A program made the translations under genes and the position numbers. Source: Isurus oxyrinchus (Eukaryota). From it: a stretch of 64,000 bases of DNA. A model generated the notes under the pieces. The model worked only from the letters and a program-made list of their open reading frames with translations, was not told the origin of the DNA and did not search any database. The stretch lies in contig JANJGN010000021.1 in NCBI GenBank assembly GCA_026770705.1, positions 90,954,001-91,018,000 on the forward strand. Reading direction: 5' to 3'. Of the stretch, positions 12,760 through 25,219 are shown piece after piece (position 1 is the stretch's first letter; each line of letters begins with the position of its first letter).

Positions 12760-13900
12760 AGTTGCATCCAAAACTCTTGCAAATACTTCGTCGGTTGGAA
12801 AACGTTCCAAAGATGATTATCCATCCATTAAGCAACCCACTGAATTTCAGTCTCAATTAAAAAAGGTATTGGTAGAATAAATCCACTATTGTCCCTTCTC
12901 CAACAGGTAGCCAAAGTGAAGAGTGTTGTTAATATTTTGATTCAATGACCAACCGTCAAAGATCTGCTAGACCTACGCAAAATATGAGTTAAATGTATGC
13001 ATTCAAACTGATTAATGAGAATTTCCTCAGTTCCCTTAACATTTTGATTGTTATATAATTCAATTCTGGTGGACAATAGTACAAGATGATATTATGGCAG
13101 GCCTGCTAATGTCAAACCACTTATTCAAATTTAAAGTAATTTAATAATTTCACATGGATTTGATGATTTATGCCTAGGATTCAGGGAGATGATAATGAAA
13201 AAAAGTCGAGGCAGTTAACAAATACCTCATTGTACAGCAGATCATTTATTATTATTATTTCATGGGATCTGGAAGTCACTGGCAAGGCCAGTATTTGTTG
13301 CCCATCCCTAATTGCTATTGAACTTAAGGGCTCACAAGGGCATTTCAGAGGAGAGTTAAGAGTCAACCAGATCGCTGGAGTCACATGTATGCCAGGTAAG
13401 GATAGCAGATTTCCTTCTCTGAAGGGCATTACTTAACCGGATGCCACCATTATTGATGTTATTTCCAGATACATTTACTGAATGCTGAATTCCACCATGG
13501 GATTTTCAATTGTGTCCCCAAAGGATTAGTTTGGGGTTTGGGGTTGATAGTCCAGTGACGTTGCCAAGACCACCCCTGCCTTTTATTAAAGGATGTGACG
13601 GGAGAAAATATGTCATAACTTTTTTTTTCGTAATGACTCACAGACTAGGATTCAATACCTGCTATTTCATTTCTCGGTAAAATATTGGAGTTAATTGAAT
13701 TGGAATTACCAAGAATTGGGGGAACAAAATATCTAATCAGCAGATTTGATCAAGGATTTTTAGAGCTTGATAAAATTTATATTTTCAAAGAGGAGCTGAA
13801 AGGTTGAACAATTGCAGCCAACTTGATTCATTAGTAAACAATGAAAATATTGCTGAAAGCCAGGAAACAAATTTAACATGTAAACGATATTTTTCTTACT
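12760..13900 (+). mobile_element. Possible highly decayed hAT-like transposase relic, split by a SINE
   Basis: SILVDNSTR at about 13060-13086 resembles the hAT first-Asp motif (SIxxDESTD); coding-like GKILELIELELPRIGGTKY at about 13676. Motif-level similarity only. Confidence 0.3.
13250..13580 (-). mobile_element. tRNA-headed SINE with a LINE-related 3' tail
   Basis: Minus-strand head ...GTCACTGGACTATCAACC...GGGGACAC...AAATCCCATGGTGGAATT; the tail matches the second LINE family; a related copy lies at about 41385-41770. Confidence 0.6.
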
Positions 13901-14460
13901 GAAAAGTTTGGGTGGCTAGCATAGAACTAGGTCCCCGTTGTGTTACTTTAATTTACGATACATAAATAATCATCTGATTAGAGTAAATGATGAAGCAATA
14001 TCAAAATTGGCTCGTTTCACCTCCGTGAGTATCCCGTCTAATATTCAGGTCATGTTTAAGTTTATTTTAAATGGAGCTGGAGCCTTCTTTCCAACACATC
14101 AAATCTTCCATTCTACGAATTTCAATCGAAAGGGAAATCGGACCGGACATAAATCCAGTTTTGCACATGATGTTGCACGCTCCCCTGTAGAAGAACTGAT
14201 TAAAATTTCTTCACATATTTCTCATTGGAAGGAATCAAAATGCGAAACTAGAGATGCATTCATCAACATGTGTTGCTTTCTTCAGTCTATAATTTACTTG
14301 TTAAAAATGCCAATGTATTACTATATGCAGCACCTTGTCAAAAGATTACTATAATCATTCTTACCCCAAATGCTGAAAGTTTATAGACTTTGTTTGGCCA
14401 ACCGATTAATATATCATAGCGACTCTGTTTTAATAAAATAATGTTATATATACTACACAG

Positions 14461-14487
14461 AAGAAGCGTTCAGTGATAAAGAAAGGG
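14461..14487 (+). pseudogene. Micro-exon B1, 27 nt, (E)EAFSDKER, with inactivated donor (ATAAGT)
   Basis: TACTACACAG|aagaagcgttcagtgataaagaaaggg|ATAAGT. Same length, phase and pattern as the other B exons; the donor differs from GTAAGT only at +1. Confidence 0.5.
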
Positions 14488-15297
14488 ATAAGTGCACGAA
14501 CAGAAGCTTTTGAAAATATGATCAATAGGAACTGCTCTCAGCTCATATGTTTGCTTTTAAATTGATTGATGTTAGCCATGTCTGCCTCAGTGCTGATTTA
14601 ACCTTCTGTTCCCATTCATACAAATTATTACAACTACAATAGCCTGTTAAAAATAATTTATGATTAGGTAATATTAGATAAAAAAAAAGGTAATAGCATT
14701 CAGACAAAACAAAACTCGACAGATCTGCATAATGATAACGTGGGTGATTTTAAACCACACCCCCACCCCCTTTCTCTCGTTCTTTCATTCGTCCTTTCCT
14801 TAACTTATACTTGACTGCTGCTGAACGGGAGGCGTGTTGCCGTTTTCTCCTTGCAATTATTAGGGAAAACGCAAGAATGCCAAATTTCAAACGATCACAG
14901 CAATATGTACCACAGAAGAAAGCGCTGCTAATTATTTGACAAGTGGACTGTGATAGTCTGAGGCGTGTCCATGGAGATAACAGTGGGAAATGACAGGCTT
15001 CCCAAACTCCTACGTAATTCAACAAAATGCACAAAGGCACAAATTCCTTTGAGAACAGTTCACTTAATATGAATATATGTTGCGCCTAGCAACTGTAAAA
15101 GAGTCACGTTATGTTGATCGTAAAGTGGTTTTTATGGTACCTAATACCTATATATATACATCCAAAGTCAAAATACACTTTCCAGATGAAGCAGGTTAAA
15201 GTGCTCCCTTTCCCTATATACTTGAAGATTCTGATATTTTCACGTTCTATTAGACTCGCCTCTCCTATAAGAGTCGTTTGGTAGTACAGAATGTAAG

Positions 15298-18200
15298 TAT
15301 TGCTGACAAAGGAGTAACGTCAAAGCTTTTTGCCTTGCACTCACCAGACACTCATCAGGTTGGGCGAGATGTTGCAACCAGTCTTGAGCAAACTTTCCAT
15401 ATAAGCAGTGAAGGATTCTTTCTAAATTACCAAGACCATACAGAACTTGCATATCGATAACTATGTTGTATCCATGTGCTCCTTTGACATTCCAAGCCTA
15501 GTCACCAATTTTCCATTAAGGAAGAAGTATATTTTTGCTCTGCAACACTGTATCATTGGGATCTAGATCCCCCACTATTCCGGGAATCAGAATTCATTGA
15601 ACTTATGAACTCGGCAACTTGCACAGTTGAGTTCAACCTCAATAACACCATGCATGCCCAAATAGATGATGTTGCCATGGAATCTGCTCCAATCCGGCTC
15701 TCGCAAATATCTTTCTTGGTTTCCAAGAAAACGATGGAATGACACCAAAACTCCTATCCCTCACATATTTTTCATATTTGAATGATATGTTCGGTATATT
15801 TAAATCCAAAGCTGCATGTGATAATATCCATGCGTGCCATAATATGCTCCATGGTGCGTTCAAATTCATCTTTGCAATTGAGGAACAGCATAAGACATAG
15901 GAGCAGAAATTAGGCCATTCGGCCCATCGAGTCTTCTCCGCAATCCAATCATGGCTGATAAGTTCCTCAACCCCATTCTCCCCGTAACCTTTGATCCCCT
16001 TACCAATCAAGAAACTATCTATGTTGGTCTTATATACTCTCAATGACGTGGCCTACACAGCCTTCTGTGGCAATGAATTCCATAGATTCACCACTCTCTA
16101 GCTAAAGAAGTTTCTCCTCATCTCTGTTCCAAAAGGTCTTCCCTTTATTCTGAGGCTGTGCCCTCGGGTCTAGTCTCACCTACTAATGGAAATATCTTCC
16201 CCACGTCCACTCTATCCAGGCCTTTCAGTATTCTGTAAGTTTCAATCAGAACCCCCCTCATCCTTCTAAACTCCATCGAGTATAGACCCAGAGTCCTCAA
16301 ACGTTCCTCATATGTTAAGCCTTTCATTCCAGGGATCGTTCTCGTGAGAGGTCCAGAATATCTTTCCTGAGATACGGGGACCATAATTGCTCACAATATT
16401 CTAAATGTGGTCTGACCAGAGCCTTATAAACCCTCAGCAGCTTATCCCTGCTTTTATATTCTAGTCCTCTCGAAATAAATGCCAACATTGCATTTGCCTT
16501 CCTAATTACCGACTCAACCTGCAAGTTAACCTTAAGAGAATTTTGGACCAGGACTCCCAAGTCCCTTTGCACTCAAAATTTCTGAATTCTATCCCCATTT
16601 AGAAAATAGTCTATGCCTCTATTCTTCCAACCAAAGTGCATGACCTCACAGTTCCCCACGTTGTATTCTATCTGCTACTTCTTTGCCCATTCTCCTAACC
16701 TGTCCAAATCCTTCTGCAGCCTCTCCGCCTCCTCAATACTATTTGTCCCTCCACCTATCTTTGTATCATCTGCAAACTTAGCCAAGGTGCCCTCAGTTCC
16801 TTCATCTAGATCATTAATGTATAAAGTGAAAAGTTGTGGTACCAACACTGACCCCTGTGGAACTCCACTAGTCACTGGCCAGCATCCTGAGAAGGTCCCG
16901 CTTATCCCCGCTCTCTGCCACCTCCTAGACAGTCAATCTTCTATCCATGCTTGCATCTTACCTCTAACACCATGGTCTCTTATCTTAGTGAGCAGCCTTC
17001 TGTGCAGCAACTTGTCAAAGGCCTTCAGAACTCCAAGTAGATAACAATCATTGGCTCTAATTTGTCTAACCTATTCGTTACCTCCTCAAAATTCGAGCAG
17101 ATTTGTCAGGCGTGACCTCCTCTTGATGGAACCATGCTGCCTTTTCTCTATTTTGCCATACACTTCCAAGTATTCTGAAATCCCATCCTTAATACTGGAC
17201 TCTAAAATCTTACCAACGACCGAGGTCAGTGTAATCGGCCTGTAATTTCCCGTATTTTACCTCACTCCCTTCTTAGACAGTGGGGTTACCTTAGTGATTT
17301 TCCAGTCCTCTAGGGCCTTCCCTGACTCCAGTGATTCCTGAAAGATCATCACTAACGCCTCCACTATCACTTCAGCTATCTCCTTCAGAACTCTGGAGTG
17401 CAATCCATCTGGTGCATGTGATTAATCCACCTTCAGATCTTTCAGTTTTCCTAGCACCTTCTCCGTGGTAATGAACACCATACTGACCACTGCTCCACGA
17501 CTCTCTTGAACTTTGGATGTTACTCGTGTCTTCCACCGTGAAGACTGATGCAAAGTACCTATTCAGTTTCTCCGCCATTTCTCTGTTCCCTACTCCTTCT
17601 CCAGAGTCATTTTCCAGCTGCCCAGTTTCCACTTTTGCCTCTCTCTTACCCTTTATATATCTGAAAAAAACTACTGCAATCTTCTTTTATATTACTGGCT
17701 AGTTTACCGTCATATTTAATCTTCTCCCTCCTTATTTCTTTTTCGGTTGTCCTCTGTTGGTCCTTGTAGTTTTCCCAATCCCCTGGTTTCCCACGGCTCT
17801 TTGCTGCATTTTATGCTTTCTTTTTAGCTTTTATGCTATCCCTGACTTCCCTTGTCAGCCATCGTTGCCTCGTCCTCCCTTTAGTATTCTTCTTCTTCCT
17901 AGGTATGAATTTTTGCTGTGCCTCCCAAATTACTCCCAGAAACTCCTGCCATTGCTTTTCCACTGTCTTTCCTGCTAGGCTCATCTCCGAGTCAATTCTG
18001 GCCAGCTCCTAACTCATGCCTCTGTGGTTGCCTTTATTGAACTGTATTACCATTACATCTGATTCCAGCTTTTTCCTCTCAAATTGCAGAGTAAATTCTA
18101 TCATAATATGGTCACTTCCTCCGAAGGGTTCTTTCACCTTAAGCTCCCTTATCAAATCTGCCTTATTACACATCACTAAATCTAGAATTGCCTGTTCTGT

Positions 18201-19834
18201 AGTGGGCTCCACCACAAGCTGCTCCAAAAAGCCATCTTGTAGACATTTCATAAATTCCTTTCCTTGGGATCCACTGCCAACTTGATTTTCCCAGTCTACC
18301 TGCATATTGAAATCCCCCATGATCACTGCAACCTTACCTTTCTTACATGCCTTTCCTATCTCCTGGTGTATCTTGAGCCCACATCCTGACTACTGTTTAG
18401 AGGCCTGTACCTAACTCCTATTATGTTTTTTTTTAACCTTTGCGATTCCTCTACTCTATCCACACAGATTCCATATCATCTGACCCTACGTCATTTCTTG
18501 CTATCGATTTAATTTCATTTCATACTAAGAAAACAACCCCACCCTCTCTGCCAATCTGCATATTTTTCGATAGGATGTATATCCTTGGAATTTTAGCTCC
18601 CAGTCCTGATCCCCTTGCAGCTACGTCTCTGTGATGCCCACCAATCATAACTGCCAATTTCAATCTGCGCCACAAGCTCGTTTACCTTATTTCGTATACT
18701 GCTTGCATTCAGATGCAACATGAACCCCCTTTCCTTGACTTACTAGTTGAGAAACCTGCCAGCGGGTTCTCCACCATGGCCTACCGCAAGCCTACGTTCA
18801 CTGGTCAATATTGGGATTCGTACAGTTCCGCACACTATAAGATTGGTTTCTTTGGAAACTTTGTAAATAGGGTCCGAGCCATTTCTCAAATTTCAATCTT
18901 CCTGTTGAAATAGGGCTTTTCAAAGACATCCTGCTGGAAATTGGCTACACTGATCAGCTCATTTCCTGCTGTATATCATACATCTCATGAACAGGCTTAA
19001 AGCCGTCACTTTCAGCCCTGAAAACTGTCCAGTCTATCTCAGATTACCATGGAAGGGCAAGGTAACTCAAATAAATTAGCAACACGTGAAGCTAACTGTC
19101 TCACGCTGCTGTATGCAATAGCAGCATGAGTGGTATTCACTATTAGCAGAATGCTGCCATCAAGCCAAAAATACATTCTGCATATCACACAAATGAGTTA
19201 TGTGGTACATGAATTTCCGTGCCACTGTGTCTGTAGGTCGAATGTTCCAAAGACTGGCAGATCATATAAAAATGCATGTACCAGCCACTTACCACGGGTG
19301 AAAATTGTACCCAACGAGATCGTATTTACAAAATTCAAAACACAATGACCAACATTAGAAGTGATTCTGCAATTGGGAAACATTTGCTAAATAATCCTCA
19401 ACGTGCAATAAATTATGATGACAACCAATTCACGATTGTCAGTCATGCTTGCACTGTGGCACTTTTGCGTGTACTGGAAGCTATGTGCACACAGGGCCAG
19501 TTCTTTGCAAGCAGAAAGAACATGTGCAAACATTGCACCTTTTTTAGCTAAACAAAATAAACGTCAGCCATTCGCTGACTCACTCCTCACGGTAATGCTT
19601 TGGTCAATCAGCGTCAAGCTGCCAGGCTTAAATTTCATATGATGTTTGGCAGTTAACTGTCAGTCATCATCAATTGTTGCATTAATCATGGCAACGCCTT
19701 GCCAGCTTGCCACCTAATCAGCACTCCCTTCACATACAGAATAAATTGTTGTTCTCTTTACATTTGGTGTTCTTGTTAAGTGGCCTGATAAGTGCAAGCT
19801 GTAAAGCTTTGTCATGTCTCTTTTTTCAGCAATA
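15298..19834 (+). mobile_element. Penelope-like element (RT plus GIY-YIG region), interrupted by CR1, with inverted terminal repeat
   Basis: MCSFDIPSLVTNFPL; QIDDVAMES...ALANIFLGF; PFLDLLVEK...YRKPTFTGQY; SDSAIGKHLLNNP. 15298-15348 is the reverse complement of 19784-19834. Confidence 0.85.
15889..18721 (-). mobile_element. Relatively young CR1 LINE (APE endonuclease, RT, 3' tail), 5'-truncated and pseudogenised
   Basis: IMGDFNMQVDWE...AILDLV...GGSDH; TSGVPQGSVLVPQLFTLYINDL...KFADDTK; LVRPHLEYCEQLWSPYL; starts with the (CATAAGA) tail on +. Confidence 0.95.
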
Positions 19835-19859
19835 TTTTCCAGTAATCTTTTAAATAGAT

Positions 19860-21005
19860 TTCTAACCACTTACTCACCTTGCAAGTTTGATGCCTCAATT
19901 GTCGTCAACTATCAATATGAAAGGTGCCCATTCTAGATCAATTGCCATGGCAAGGGAAAGCTTCGCAAACATTTGATCAACATGTTAAGCAAGCAGTTTA
20001 AATCTGCTACTATGGAGCAGATATTCTAGTAGTGCCGTTAATCTGAAAGGACACTGCTCCTACTACACAATCGTACAACTCATTGCATGAATTACAGTGG
20101 TGGTGTGATCCCAGGTATGTAGGCTATATGTCCCAATGAAGGGCTGATCGAATCAATAGGCATGTTGCTTCACTTGCTTGTAATAGGTAAAGCACAACCT
20201 GTACTCCATCTTGCTGCACTTGCAAAACACCAAGCCAAACACACAATATTAGATGTGATTCCAAAAGCAGGCATATTTGCTGAATAATTGCGCTAATAAC
20301 TATTCTAACAACCAATCTAAAATAATCAGTCGGTCTCGTAACATGGCTTACTTTAAGTGACATTTATTCATAAGCAGGGAACAATTCACTGCAAACAAGA
20401 GGAATATGTTCAAGCATTACACCATAGTTTTTAATTACCCAGGAACTGTTCCCCTTTGTTTTTACAAAGACAATGTCTCGGACGATTGGAGCCGGCTTGC
20501 CAACCAATAAGCACCCTTTTTTTTCCTACCGTTTAAATTGACCTGATCATTTGAAATTTTGTATTCTTGATTATCTCCTGTTGAATACCAGATAAAAGAA
20601 ATATATTTCGCTTTTTAGCAATGTTAAAGTTCTCTGCTACACCGTTTTTTTTTCTTTTGTTATTCCTTTCTGTTTCCTTCCTTTTCCTTTCTGAGGTGTA
20701 TTTCTCTTTTCTTATTTCCATTCTTACTTTCTTGTCCGAGAGCATGTGTTAGTCCTTGTGACATGTTTCAATTTAGTTTACACTTTTCTGACAATGGGCT
20801 GACAATATTTTTTCCATAACGTTTGATCAATCATAAGAACCTTATATAGCCCCAATCAGGAAAGGCGTTACTCCACCAACACAATTGTACAATTTAATAT
20901 ATAATTTACAGTGCCAGCGTCATGCCAGGTATGTCGGCCACATGTCCTAGTGAAGGGCTAATCAAATCAATTGACGTGTTGCTTCAGTTGTTTGTAATAA
21001 CCAAA
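19860..21005 (+). mobile_element. Further decayed Penelope-like fragments (about 19860-20630 and 20860-21005)
   Basis: Repeats the 3' part of the upstream PLE (GAAAGGTGCCCATT...TTGCCATGGCAAGGG; CCAGGTATGTAGGC; ATTAGATGTGATTC). Confidence 0.65.
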
Positions 21006-21817
21006 GTGCTCTTTAAAAATAGAAGATGAATCTCAATTACAGAAGTGTAGCACGTACAGAATTTTCCTGTTGCATCAACACCATTTTTTCCAAAATTAAT
21101 TTAGGTAGGGCAAGTACTAAATCTTATTGCAATTAATTAAAGCTGATTACAAAGTACGTGCCATATGTGTGTGAAAAAATAATCTGGATCAAATTAAAGT
21201 TTACATAGAGCAAAGCATGATGGGGATGCATTTCTCCAGCACCCACGGCAAAACATTCTGAAATTAAATTAATTATTTATTTCTCACATACTGTCCGAAA
21301 TTTCCTTATTCGATTTTTCCTACGCATGAACATTTAGATTAACTGGAAATGCTTTGCGAATTGACGAATTTGGAGGTAACCGATAACCCAAGGAGGGCAC
21401 TAGCAAACAAACAGCTTCACAGTTATATTCAAATCAGTTACATGAATGATGTGGCCTGAAGTATTATATTCGATATGCTCATTTTCCCCAGCTTCTGAGG
21501 CATTTTTTTATCCCAAGATATCTGCTTAAGTTTTCATGTTGTAAAATAAGACAACCACATGGACATTTCTATTGGCTGAACAAATTTCACTGCTTACGCA
21601 GAGATCAGTGCTGTTAGAGAGATACAAAGTTCTTCGTAGGTATGGCTTGTCTTCCCCACACCAAAGGTGTGATCGTGCATACATTAAACTGCTGCTGCAA
21701 ATTTAGGGATATGAGATGATACCGCTGAAACAAATCTCCTTTTATCGATCTCCTGCCATAACGTTCGGACACAAAGCAGCAATATTAAGATTAATTTTAA
21801 TAGCTGTTGCTTTTCAG

Positions 21818-21853
21818 AACTAAATACTGTGAAACAAGCTCTACAAAAGACAC
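21818..21853 (+). CDS. Coiled-coil micro-exon A2, 36 nt, (E)LNTVKQALQKT
   Basis: GTTGCTTTTCAG|aactaaat...aagacac|GTGAGT; phase 1-1, open, L2/V5/L9. Confidence 0.8.
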
Positions 21854-22207
21854 GTGAGTAAAGGCGTGTCTGGGTTAACTAAAATGTTTGAATTAAAATA
21901 CAATTAGATTGCGCTGCACCTGTGAAAGATTTCAGGATTCTCTTTTTGAGCGAAGAAATGCAGAGATAATTCAGTTTAAAAAATGTAAACAAAAATCGGC
22001 AGGTTAAGTCTGAATTGATGGGGAGATACTTAGGCACCTTTTGCAGATTCAGAACAATCTCTACTTGTCAGTGCAACAGTTCACCATAACTAGTTTTTGG
22101 ACACCATATCCAGATACTTTCTGGGGTTTCAAGACTTGTATGGTTTTTAAAATGTATTCTTAACAACTAAAGCTTTTTGCATGTTTTGTGCTATTTGTTT
22201 ACCTCAG

Positions 22208-22237
22208 TAGAAGAAAACCTGAAACAAAGAGAGAAAG
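22208..22237 (+). CDS. Coiled-coil micro-exon B2, 30 nt (L)EENLKQREK, or 27 nt from 22211 (Q)ENLKQREK
   Basis: TTTGTTTACCTCAG|TAG|aagaaaac...gagaaag|GTATAT; NAGNAG acceptor, phase 1-1. Confidence 0.75.
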
Positions 22238-22969
22238 GTATATGTTCGCAAAATGTTACGATTCCTAAGTTTCAAAATTGTATTTAATTGCTGCTACTTA
22301 TGAATGCTTCCATAAAAATGATTATTATTTCATTTGGAGCTGATGCATAAAGAAGTTTTAGAAGCAATCCAATGTTTATTTTTTTGTCGTGCAGCAACTC
22401 TCTACCTTTGGTCGATCACTCTGGTTTTCACGCCATTGATTGCAGATGTCACTCTAACTTCTTCCTTCCTATGCTTTTCTTTCTATGGCGTTTCTGTATT
22501 CATTTGCAAATATTTCTCTTATAGATGACCAGTGACAATTGTTGTACAAGCTGCATATCCGTATTCGCAAAAGAAACTTTATCAATTACTTTAGAGAGTG
22601 GTTGATGCATGCAAGCGAATTCTCTCCTGACCCAAATTACATGGGCTTTGTGCAACACTCATTTGTGAAAATAGCAACTTGGGAAGGGTTACCGCCAGTA
22701 ATGTAGTGTATCTGAACACCATCACAGAATGACCAATTAAATAATAATTCTCACAATGTTATCACTTTGTTGTCTTTGGCTGTGCTTTAAAAGGAGCTCC
22801 CCGATGCTCAATTGGCGTTCATTTTCACCTTGTTCCGAATAATATGAAAGCTCAGGTTTTTCTTCAATTAGATTTTGTCAGTTGCTTGACAATTTAGGCC
22901 CGAGCAACATCATAACTGATATAACTATTATACTTTGTGCAATGAGAGAAAGAATATTTTCATTTATGA

Positions 22970-23220
22970 GGAAACTTTCATAACCATTGAATGTTCCAAC
23001 ACACTGTCCAGCAAATGAGCATTTTGTAAAGTTTACTCAATTTTGCAATCTAGGAAGAACGGCCGGTGGAAGTTCCTACACTTTGTGAAGGCTGCACAAT
23101 CATTGTTTTGTGGTGCTAATTGAGGAATGATATTGGCTAGGACACCACGGATAACTCCTCTGCTATCCCAAGGTGCCATAGAACCCTTCACACGGGGCCC
23201 CGACTTTAAGGTCCCAAGGG
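22970..23220 (-). mobile_element. DeuSINE-like SINE fragment
   Basis: ATATTGGCTAGGACACCACGGATAACTCCTCTGCT is the reverse complement of the conserved central motif also seen at about 52555-52600. Confidence 0.5.
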
Positions 23221-23685
23221 AAATAGGGATCATTGTTCGTCATATTGCTATTGTTATGAGTACTATTATTGAAACATCCGTTATATTTCTAATGCAGAAA
23301 ATATATTTTTTGGGTGGTTTCGACCCAACTCGATGATAATTGTTTTTATTATCACCTCCATTGTAAAGCAGACTTGCTATATGCGTCAAAGTATGAGCAA
23401 TATAATGGTCATCTTTACTTTTTTGTTTTGCCCAAGGAAAAACATGACTGAAAGCCAGTTAGCATAGTCAGATACGGGGAACATTATACTACTTTCGAAA
23501 GAAAGAATTGAACATGTTATAACATATGCATTAACATGTAGACTACGACCATTTCTTAGAGTAACTACTGAGCTATCTATGGTAAATGACTCATCAGAGT
23601 GGAAAATTACAACTGTTATTAATTGTTAAGCGCAATGGATTATACCGTATCTAAGCCAAAAGTAACAATACACTAATATTCACAG

Positions 23686-23727
23686 ACATCTTGAAACCTC
23701 GAAGAAATGTCCCCACACAAACATCCG
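23686..23727 (+). CDS. Candidate micro-exon, 42 nt, (D)ILKPRRNVPTQTS (Pro-containing, A slot)
   Basis: CACTAATATTCACAG|acatcttg...acatccg|GTAAGA; phase 1-1, open, strong donor but weak pyrimidine tract. Confidence 0.5.
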
Positions 23728-24754
23728 GTAAGATGTTTACCTACCTGAATGATATAATCCGATTACATGTTTATGAAACGTTGCTAAGTTTGCATTCAAT
23801 TATTTCACAGACTCGCATTGTGACAATCGAATTGTACAGCACCTTAAGTGGACCAGCCACGCACATCTAGAGGCTGGTTCCTCTGCAGTGAGCAATTCAT
23901 TCTCTAATGCACCAGAACCTTTCCATTATGTGCAAGACAGAAGTGGTGGAATTATTACCACTTGCCTGAAAGAATATAACTCCAACAATACTCAAAACTC
24001 TCCACACCATCCAGAACAAAGCAACCCGCTCGATTGAAATTTTACCCAGCAACTGAAACAATCAATGCCCCCACCAGAGCTGCAAAGTTACAACTTTTGT
24101 TGGGGGCCATCTACAAGACGCAATGCAACAAATCTCGAAGCATCAGGTGATCCCAGAAACCTGGCTGCAGAATTCCGTAACAAATATCAGGGATGGAAGA
24201 AGCTTAAAGTCTATGCTGGCTTTATTGGTAGTATTATAAAACAAGGTAGGACATAGCAGAACTGACTCCAGTCAAATTAAGGCCCAAAGACCCCCGTACC
24301 ATCTTCTATCAAGAACCTGCCAGTCCAGCCAACAAACCAATGCCACACCCGCCGACACACCTGGGTGAATGTCTCACACAATTCATACAGGCAGGCAGAC
24401 ATTAGACAGAAATTTGCTTGGATGATTGCGGCTACAAAAATACTAAACTAGTGAAGCACCAGGGTATCCAACCCTGGTCCTGGAGAGCTCCAATCCAGTT
24501 AGTCTTTTCAGTCACCTGTTTCTAAAGATTGGGAATACACATCGGTTATCATTCAATGAAGCAAGTAATCAGTTCAATTAAGAGAACCCTGGTCCTTAGC
24601 AGCTGAATTTACAGATGTTCCCAATCATATTTTGGCCCCAAATGATCTTTAAATTACTTAATTTAACAAATCATCAGCTTAATTGATCACAATGCAATTT
24701 ATCCAAGTCTTAGGTTAGTGATTTAATGATGACTTCTACAACCTGCTGGACTGA

Positions 24755-25200
24755 GGCTCTCCAGGAGCAGTGTTCGCGATATACACCATCTCAGATAAAA
24801 CAATTCACTTCATTGGCACCCCATTCGCCAACTTAAGCAGTTACTCCTTCCACCACGTTTGCACAATAGTAGCAGTGTGTAACATACATAATATGCAATG
24901 CAGCAACTGGCCTCGACAGTACCTTCCAAAGCTGCGACCTCTGCAACCTAGAAGGGCAAGGACAACAGACACATGATAACACCACCACCCCCAAGTTTCC
25001 CTACGAGCCAGACACCATGCTGACCTGGAACTATATAGCACGTTCATTCACTGTTAGGTCATTAAAATCCTGGAACTCTCTTCCCAGAGGCAGTTGACAG
25101 CGTGGGAGTACCTACACCAGATCGACTGCAGCTGTTCAAGAAAGTAGTTCACCAATACCTTCTCAAGGACAATTATTGGACAAACAGTGCTGGCCTTACA
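24755..25200 (+). mobile_element. 3' part of the second LINE family (CR1/L2 group)
   Basis: Collinear with 48100-48560 (ACCTAGAAGGGCAAGGACA...; CCTTCTCAAGG); a smaller piece lies at about 23900-24140. Confidence 0.7.
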
Positions 25201-25219
25201 GCATGTAAGCTCAAGTAAA

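Noticed and set aside
12906-12935. Strong acceptor TGTCCCTTCTCCAACAG
   Set aside because: Phase-1 reading hits TAA within 9 codons and there is no good donor before it.
15186-15194. 9-nt micro-exon candidate (CTTTCCAG|atgaagcag|GTTAAA)
   Set aside because: Weak donor and too short to support; does not fit the A/B pattern.
22525-22560. Acceptor TATTTCTCTTATAG
   Set aside because: In-frame TGA at the fourth codon in phase 1.
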